Positions 33,510 to 39,234 of a stretch of DNA of 39,234 nt are shown here, one piece after another (position 1 is the first letter of the stretch; every line of letters begins with the position of its first letter). Both the position numbers and the translations under genes were made by a program. The stretch covers positions 1 to 39,234 of the forward strand of contig JBNMNM010000002.1 of NCBI GenBank assembly GCA_051275585.1. The letters run 5' to 3'. The stretch comes from a bacterium. Lineage in GTDB: Bacteria; SAR324; XYD2-FULL-50-16; JBNMNM01. The notes beneath the pieces were generated by a model. The model was not told the origin of the DNA, did not search any database, and saw nothing but the letters and a program-made list of their open reading frames with translations.

Positions 33510-34439
33510 ATGCACAAATCGATGTTACATAAAAATTGTTTACGCTTTTATCAAATTATACTGTTAAGTTTGTTCTGTTTTTCCTCATTTATCCTCTATG
33601 CAAAGCCAAAACCTGTAATCCAAGAAAATCTAATTTCAAAATCAGAAAGGATATACTTGGTTCAAGTCTTTTCCAAACAAGGATTTCAAAAGAAATGGCT
33701 TAAAAAGATTTTTTTTGATTCACGTTTGCTTCGTATACCAAAACTAGTGACAAAAAATGTAATTAATAAGGAGCCTACCCGTGGATATCGTAGGTTTTAC
33801 AATCGATATTCAATCTATCGTGCAAAAAATTTCCGCAAACGTTGGAGAACTCGATTACGAAGAGCACAAAAAAAGTATGGTGTTGATCCAAACGTAGTTT
33901 CTGCTATTTTATTGATTGAAAGTAGTTATGGACGGTTTACAGGTGGACATCGGGTAATCAATGTCTTTTCCACATTGTACCTTGAGAATCGTCCAGATCG
34001 TTTAAAGAAGGTAAAAGAAAGAATAAAAGATCCAAAGTTACAAAAATATTATTTAAAAAGAATTAAAAGGAAAGCAAAGTGGGCATTTTCAGAAATGAAA
34101 TCAGTTTTAAAAATTGCTCAGAAACGATGGGTGAAAAGTATTTATCAATTAGAAGGAAGTTATGCAGGAGCATTCGGAATTCCTCAGTTCCTACCGTCTA
34201 GTTATATGAAGTGGGCAGTTGATGGTGATCGCTCAGGAAGAAAGGACTTGTTTACAATTCCAGATGCAATTGCTTCTACTGCAAACTTTTTAAAAGTTCA
34301 TGGCTGGAAACCATCATTGAATTATCGACAGAAAAGCAAAGTGATCTGGCAGTATAATAATAGTACTATTTATGCCAGAACCGTTTTAGGTGTTGCGTGG
34401 AGAATCCACAAACAAAGAAAAAGACGAAAAAAGATCTAA
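33510..34439 (+). CDS. mltB: lytic murein transglycosylase (MltB/SLT_2-like)
   Basis: 309 aa with a signal peptide. Candidate catalytic-Glu motif LLIESSYGRF and the family motif GSYAGAFGIPQFLPSSY. Confidence 0.8.
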   Translation: MHKSMLHKNCLRFYQIILLSLFCFSSFILYAKPKPVIQENLISKSERIYLVQVFSKQGFQKKWLKKIFFDSRLLRIPKLVTKNVINKEPTRGYRRFYNRYSIYRAKNFRKRWRTRLRRAQKKYGVDPNVVSAILLIESSYGRFTGGHRVINVFSTLYLENRPDRLKKVKERIKDPKLQKYYLKRIKRKAKWAFSEMKSVLKIAQKRWVKSIYQLEGSYAGAFGIPQFLPSSYMKWAVDGDRSGRKDLFTIPDAIASTANFLKVHGWKPSLNYRQKSKVIWQYNNSTIYARTVLGVAWRIHKQRKRRKKI

Positions 34440-34440
34440 C

Positions 34441-35829
34441 TTAAGGTATCCAGTGATGTTGTAATCCAGCAACTTTCTCAAAATCGCCCTGACAGATTTG
34501 AAAGCATAAATTACGCAATATAATAATAGCGTCTTTTCCTGCATACTTTGTTTTTAAATCTGACTGAGCTAAATGGATTACAATGTTTTCTAGTTCTTCC
34601 AATTCAAAATTTCTTGCCTGTATAATGGTTTCTTTTGCAAACCAAGGATTCATTCGCAACTGTTGAATGATTTCTTTTTGTGAAAGATTACTATCCTCCA
34701 TCCATGAAACATGAAGTAGTCGCCTAAATTGGTTACTAATCAATCCAAAGATACTAATTGCATCAGCATGGTTTTCATTGAGAACTAAATTCAAGCTTTC
34801 TAAAGAATTTTTTAAATTTCGTTGAGCTAAAAAATTGGCAATACGAAAAACACTAAATGTTTTTGAATGACTAATGCTTTGCAGTAAGCTTTCTTCGTTT
34901 AAAGCATCACCTGAACCATATAATAAAGAAAGTTTGCCTATCTCCATATCTAAAATGGCTAAGTCATTGCCTGCAACCTCTACAAATAATCGTGCAACAT
35001 TGGGAGTAATTGTTAGCTGTTTATCTTTTGCTCGTTGAATTACCCATGATGTTGGATTGAAATTATCATAAGTAACACTTGTTTTAATTTCTTTTGCATT
35101 TTTTTTGAGAACTGCATGTAAGTTTCCTTTTAATTCTGTCGGCTTTCTTATGTTTGCCGTCATAATAAAGTAAACTTGATCAGGTGGACTTTCCAAGTAG
35201 CTTTTTAGTTGTTTTAAAAATTGTTCACCAATTGTATTTAAAGCGTCAGATTCTTGGGTTGCATTTTCCTCAAAATGTAGAGTGGCCTTAATTTTACCTC
35301 TAAGAAACTCTTGAATGCTGATTTGAACTTCTGTATGAGCTTTTCGTAACGTAATATTTCGTTTTTTCCACTTTGGATCAATTTTTAAATAATATTCTTT
35401 TTTTCCTAGAAGACGAACTTCTTGAATGATTTGTTTTCCTGAAATCCAATTAACGGCTTCTTCTTTGACTGAAATTGTTCCTGCATCATACCAAATCAAA
35501 TTTTCATCAGAAATTACTTCCTCAATTCGAATGCTTTGAATTTGTTTTTCTATTGTATCTGAAGATGACTTACCAACCTTGATTTTTTCAAGATTTTGCA
35601 GATCAATAATAATTTTTGTAGAAAAAAAAGAGACGGTTTCACATGTATTTTGAAATTCATCAAATAGGTTCTGTATTTCTTCTGAGTCTTGTCGGTAAAA
35701 ACTTTGAACGTCAAAATAAAAAACAGAATCCTGTTGTTCTTTTTTTGAAACAAGTGACGAGATAATTTTTTCTCGTTTTTCTCTTAATTCTAGGTCTTGT
35801 GTTCCGTAAATAAAGTAAGCTTGTTCCAT
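34441..35829 (-). CDS. holA: DNA polymerase III delta subunit, unusually long
   Basis: 462 aa. The C-terminal two thirds show the HolA pattern (...ARLFVEVAGNDLAILDMEIGKLSLLYG...SVFRIANFLAQRN...SLESLNLVLNENHADAISIFGLISNQFRRLL). The N-terminal domain carries an apparent extra segment of about 110-120 aa. Confidence 0.7.
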   Translation of the reverse strand: MEQAYFIYGTQDLELREKREKIISSLVSKKEQQDSVFYFDVQSFYRQDSEEIQNLFDEFQNTCETVSFFSTKIIIDLQNLEKIKVGKSSSDTIEKQIQSIRIEEVISDENLIWYDAGTISVKEEAVNWISGKQIIQEVRLLGKKEYYLKIDPKWKKRNITLRKAHTEVQISIQEFLRGKIKATLHFEENATQESDALNTIGEQFLKQLKSYLESPPDQVYFIMTANIRKPTELKGNLHAVLKKNAKEIKTSVTYDNFNPTSWVIQRAKDKQLTITPNVARLFVEVAGNDLAILDMEIGKLSLLYGSGDALNEESLLQSISHSKTFSVFRIANFLAQRNLKNSLESLNLVLNENHADAISIFGLISNQFRRLLHVSWMEDSNLSQKEIIQQLRMNPWFAKETIIQARNFELEELENIVIHLAQSDLKTKYAGKDAIIILRNLCFQICQGDFEKVAGLQHHWIP

Positions 35830-35831
35830 AA

Positions 35832-38078
35832 CTAGATTCTAAGTTTTTGAATGCGTTGTTTCAACCATGTTTGCCGTTGAACCCCTCGTTGGGTTTGAAT
35901 TGCTTTTTCTACGGCATACTTTTCACCAATTACAACCACCAATTTTTTTCCACGAGTAACTGCTGTATATAAAAGGTTTCGGTAAAGCATGATGGAGTGA
36001 CTAGTGGTTAACAAAATAATCACAACAGGAAATTCACTTCCTTGTGATTTATGAATTGTTGTAGCCCATGAAACTGTAAGATTTCTAGCCTCTTCAGCAG
36101 AGTATTGAACTTGTCGTCCATCATAATCAACAATCAAGCTTTCTTTATTTCCACTAAGTAAAAAGCCTTGATCACCATTAAAAACATCAAGCTCATAATT
36201 ATTTTTGGTTTGCATGACTCGATCACCAACATAGAATTTTTGTTTGTTGATGGTAATGGCTTCTTTATCTTTAAATAATTTTTCTTGAATTCTTTCATTA
36301 AGAAGCTCTGTTCCTAAGCTTCCTTGCCGAACTGCTGTCAGAATTTGAATATCTTTTTGCTCAACTTGAAATCGTTCTGGAATTTTTTGATCAAATAAAA
36401 TGAAAAGATTATTAATAATTCGTTCATAATCAGTTTCATATCGTCCATTTCCATTCGATAGAAATCTAGGAATATCAATAAAATAAAAATCTTTTAGATC
36501 ATCACTATTTTTAAGGTCTTCTTCAAAAAATTTTCCATGAATGATGTTGTGTGCATTTGTTGTAATTTGACTGGTACTACTTTGGCGGAAAATTTTGTTG
36601 AGACGAACATGAGCAATTTTTTCACTATCTAATAGATCACGTAAAATTGCACCAGCACGAATAGAAGGAAGTTGATCGACATCACCAACAAGAATTAATT
36701 TACAAGAATCAGGAATTGCATCTAACAGCAAATTAAAAAGTGATAAGTCAATCATTGAGCATTCATCAACAATTAATAAATCACTTTCAAGAGGTTTATC
36801 TTTATCTCTTCCAACTCCATTTCCTGAGATTTCTAAAAGACGATGAATTGTTTTAACTTCCATTTTTGTAGATTCAGCCATTCGTTTTGCTGCTTTTCCT
36901 GTAGGTGCTGCTAAATGAATTTTTGGAAGCTCATCTCTAAGAAGTTCTAAAATGAACTGGATAATGGTTGTTTTTCCTGTTCCTGGACCACCTGTAATAA
37001 CAAAAATTTTCTCTTCAATAGATTGAACAACAGCTTGCTTTTGTTGTTCATGAAGAATCATTCCTGTGGAATTTTCTAATTGTTCTAATAATTTATCTTG
37101 GTTTTTAACGCTGAGTAAATTGGAGTATTGTTTAATCTTTTTTATTCTTTCTGTAACAGCCACTTCTTGAAAATAATTTCTTTTTAGAAAGACAACATCA
37201 CCTTGTTCTTCTTCTTTAAATTCGCCCTCTAAAAGTAGATGTTCTAATACATCAGCAATGACTTCTATTCCCATTAAAGGAGCTTTATCTAATTTTTCTA
37301 ATTGCGAAGCTGTGTATTGAATTAATGCTTCTTTTAGGTAGCAGGTATGACCCTCATTTGAGAGTTGATCCATATAGAACAGAAGTGCGGCTTTTGCCCG
37401 AAGAGGAGAATTTTTAGGAATATCTCGTTTTTCTGCTAAAGCATCTGAAACACGAAACCCAATGCCTTTAATTTCTTGAGCAAGCCGATAAGGATTATCT
37501 TGAATAATGTCAGCAGCTTCAAGACCATAAGCCTCATATATTTTCTGAATCAGGCTTGGAGGAAGTTGGAGTGCATGTAAAAACACATAAGTATCACCCT
37601 CTTCTCGATGAATTTGTCGAGTTGAAGTAATGACTTCTAATTTACTTTCACTAACAAGAGATAATTTAAGAATTTTTTCAGGGTTATGATCAATTATACT
37701 TAAGGTTTCAGTGCCAAATTTTTTAACAATTTGTTGTGCTGTTTTTTCTCCAATGCTGTGAAATCGATCAGATGCTAAGTAGCGAAGAATACCTTTTGTT
37801 GTAGTGGGTTCAACACAAGTGAATTGACTAACATGGAATTGATGACCGTAAGTTTTATGATTTGTCCAATAACCTTCCAGTTTTAAAGTTTCTCCAATAG
37901 AAACACTGTAAACACTACCTCGGAAAACAATCAGTTGTTCTTTTGGTTCTGAACTTAGTTTTCCAACCATAAATCCTGAGTCATCGCTTTGATATGTAAT
38001 GGACTCTAATATTCCTTGAACTGTTTCAAGCTGCACTAGTTTTTGCCTCGATAGCGTACCGTTTTTGAAGAATGGCAA
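35832..38078 (-). CDS. recD2: RecD2-type (RecD/TraA family) ATP-dependent DNA helicase
   Basis: 748 aa. N-terminal OB/HhH-like region, Walker A VITGGPGTGKTT, Walker B LIVDECSMID, and the later SF1B motifs (LVGDVDQLPS, SWATTIHKSQGSEF, YTAVTRGKK). The start is uncertain: TTG at 38078 or in-frame GTG at 38036. Confidence 0.92.
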   Translation of the reverse strand: MPFFKNGTLSRQKLVQLETVQGILESITYQSDDSGFMVGKLSSEPKEQLIVFRGSVYSVSIGETLKLEGYWTNHKTYGHQFHVSQFTCVEPTTTKGILRYLASDRFHSIGEKTAQQIVKKFGTETLSIIDHNPEKILKLSLVSESKLEVITSTRQIHREEGDTYVFLHALQLPPSLIQKIYEAYGLEAADIIQDNPYRLAQEIKGIGFRVSDALAEKRDIPKNSPLRAKAALLFYMDQLSNEGHTCYLKEALIQYTASQLEKLDKAPLMGIEVIADVLEHLLLEGEFKEEEQGDVVFLKRNYFQEVAVTERIKKIKQYSNLLSVKNQDKLLEQLENSTGMILHEQQKQAVVQSIEEKIFVITGGPGTGKTTIIQFILELLRDELPKIHLAAPTGKAAKRMAESTKMEVKTIHRLLEISGNGVGRDKDKPLESDLLIVDECSMIDLSLFNLLLDAIPDSCKLILVGDVDQLPSIRAGAILRDLLDSEKIAHVRLNKIFRQSSTSQITTNAHNIIHGKFFEEDLKNSDDLKDFYFIDIPRFLSNGNGRYETDYERIINNLFILFDQKIPERFQVEQKDIQILTAVRQGSLGTELLNERIQEKLFKDKEAITINKQKFYVGDRVMQTKNNYELDVFNGDQGFLLSGNKESLIVDYDGRQVQYSAEEARNLTVSWATTIHKSQGSEFPVVIILLTTSHSIMLYRNLLYTAVTRGKKLVVVIGEKYAVEKAIQTQRGVQRQTWLKQRIQKLRI

Positions 38079-38649
38079 TGATATCTCTCATCACTCTTTC
38101 ATACCATTTGTTGTATTCGTATAGGTATAATTTGAAAGCATATATCGTATAGAGCTTTTCTCGTTCACGCTGATAAAATAAGCGTTGGAATTGCTTTGAA
38201 ATGCCTTCAGGAATGATGATTGCTCGTTCTAATTCTTCTAATGGTGGAAGTTCTTCCTTTGCAGGAAGAGAGATTAAAAGAGTTTCCACTGCTCCATCAA
38301 AGCCTTTTTCCTTGATTAATTTCTCAATTTTAATTTCAATTTCTCTGCGATTTCTTCGAGGCAATAGTTGAGGATAAGAAAAAAAACTTTCTAATGGTGT
38401 AAAAATTTCTTCTTCCTCAATGATGATTTCTTTATATTCTCCACCTCGTAACTCACAAATTCTTTGCATGATACGATTCTTCCTTAACTTTTTATGCAAC
38501 TCAACATAAGAAAGAATAATTTTTACTCGATTTTGAGTTTTAATTTCTTTCTGATCTTGCTCTTCTGTTATTTTTTGGATGAGATGTTGCAGAGCTTCTT
38601 GAAATAATTTATTTCGCCCTATAAAGTACTCAACAGTATCATAAGTCAT
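38026..38649 (-). CDS. hypothetical protein (charged, predicted helical)
   Basis: 207-aa ORF with an ATG at 38649 and no obvious Shine-Dalgarno. No recognisable motifs. It overlaps the annotated recD2 start by 53 nt, or by 11 nt if recD2 starts at the GTG at 38036. Confidence 0.5.
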   Translation of the reverse strand: MTYDTVEYFIGRNKLFQEALQHLIQKITEEQDQKEIKTQNRVKIILSYVELHKKLRKNRIMQRICELRGGEYKEIIIEEEEIFTPLESFFSYPQLLPRRNRREIEIKIEKLIKEKGFDGAVETLLISLPAKEELPPLEELERAIIIPEGISKQFQRLFYQREREKLYTIYAFKLYLYEYNKWYERVMRDIIAILQKRYAIEAKTSAA

Positions 38650-38814
38650 GGTTACATAAGTGTTAGGTCATCTGAGAAAGAAAAAATTTATTTCTTAAAA
38701 GTATATTGGAGCCCAGAGATTTGTCAAAATGGATCAATCAATTGATGATTTAATAGTCTTTTTATGCAAAAAAGAATCTTTTTAGAAAAAAAAAGAAATT
38801 TTGATTCTATTATT

Positions 38815-39234
38815 ATGGATGAGGTTATGGGTAATCGTATTTTTACATCAGAAGAAAGCCAAATATTAGAAGATATTATGATTCATCGACGAGATGTTCG
38901 TGGAAATCAGTTTATTGGAAAAGAAATTCCTAGTGATGTTCTTAATAAAATTTTATTTTCTGCTCAAGTAGCTCCTTCTGTTGGATTTTCACAGCCTTGG
39001 AAATTTGTAATTGTTCAAAAGCAAGAAATTAAACAAAAAATTCTCAATTCATTTCAAGAAGAAAATGATAGTGCAGCAAATCAATTTGAAGGTGGAAGAA
39101 AAGATCAATATCAAAAATTGAAGTTAGAAGGGATTATGGAGGCTCCAGTCAATATTGCGGTTTTTTATGAACCTTCTGACCATCCAGTTTTAGGACAGAC
39201 AAGTATGAAGGAAGTAGGTTTATACAGTGTTGTT
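38815..39234 (+). CDS. bluB: 5,6-dimethylbenzimidazole synthase (BluB, nitroreductase fold), N-terminal part (runs off the window end)
   Basis: Not in the track because there is no stop in the window. It reads ...FTSEESQILEDIMIHRRDVRGNQF....IPSDVLNKILFSAQVAPSVGFSQPWKFVIV....IKQKI...F.EENDSAANQFEGGRKDQYQKLKLEGIMEAPVNIAV. This parallels S. meliloti BluB block for block as I remember it (RRDVR, APSVGFMQPW, Y..LKLEGI..AP). The start is ambiguous, with in-frame ATGs at 38764, 38815 and 38827. Confidence 0.85.
   Translation, partial: MDEVMGNRIFTSEESQILEDIMIHRRDVRGNQFIGKEIPSDVLNKILFSAQVAPSVGFSQPWKFVIVQKQEIKQKILNSFQEENDSAANQFEGGRKDQYQKLKLEGIMEAPVNIAVFYEPSDHPVLGQTSMKEVGLYSVV

Noticed and set aside
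38650-38826. Cobalamin riboswitch upstream of bluB, and likewise an FMN riboswitch near ribF at 1187-1356.
   Set aside because: The regions are short and extremely AT-rich. I could not find the conserved B12-box (GCCACTG-like) or the FMN-element GC-rich helices. cmscan would settle it.

Overview
This is a visibly AT-rich, gene-dense bacterial chromosomal window, and almost all of it is housekeeping. I support about 36 CDS, 2 tRNAs and one duplication-derived chimeric ORF. gmhB, two predicted outer-membrane beta-barrels, lspA, mltB and rodZ point to a diderm bacterium; I cannot assign a lineage from the window alone.

Gene order:
- Plus-strand block near the start: ribF (-), an unknown CEEC/acidic protein, queG, gmhB, a membrane protein, two tandem outer-membrane paralogs and a YfcH-like epimerase.
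- Middle: a cytoplasmic molybdopterin oxidoreductase divergent from an HxlR regulator, then phhB and a hybrid sensor kinase.
- A 12-kb co-directional minus-strand block: ftsA, ftsZ, two membrane FHA proteins, the chimeric ORF, argJ, pdxB, rodZ, an NTP-transferase/LbH protein, glmS and a HAD hydrolase.
- End: lspA, a UbiD-family decarboxylase, a metallophosphoesterase, rsmB-like, hpf, a STAS protein, tRNA-Glu and tRNA-Lys, mltB, holA, recD2, an unknown ORF and bluB (partial).

I see no transposase, integrase, reverse transcriptase, CRISPR array, restriction/defence gene or toxin-antitoxin pair, so I cannot point to a clear novel system.

Features most worth a second look:
1. A diverged tandem duplication (260 bp and 246 bp) across the FHA-gene/argJ junction. 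It creates an in-frame ArgJ(N)-FHA(C) chimeric ORF whose differences from the parent are mostly synonymous.
2. The pair of membrane FHA-domain proteins directly after ftsZ, with no Ser/Thr kinase in the window.
3. Two tandem 102-bp units, each a long hairpin followed by a T-run, in the 558-bp gap between ftsA and lspA.
4. A perfect 19-bp inverted repeat between the HxlR regulator and the Mo-oxidoreductase.
5. A 33-bp in-frame tandem array in rodZ.

All counts and coordinates were made by hand from the sequence. No database search was possible.
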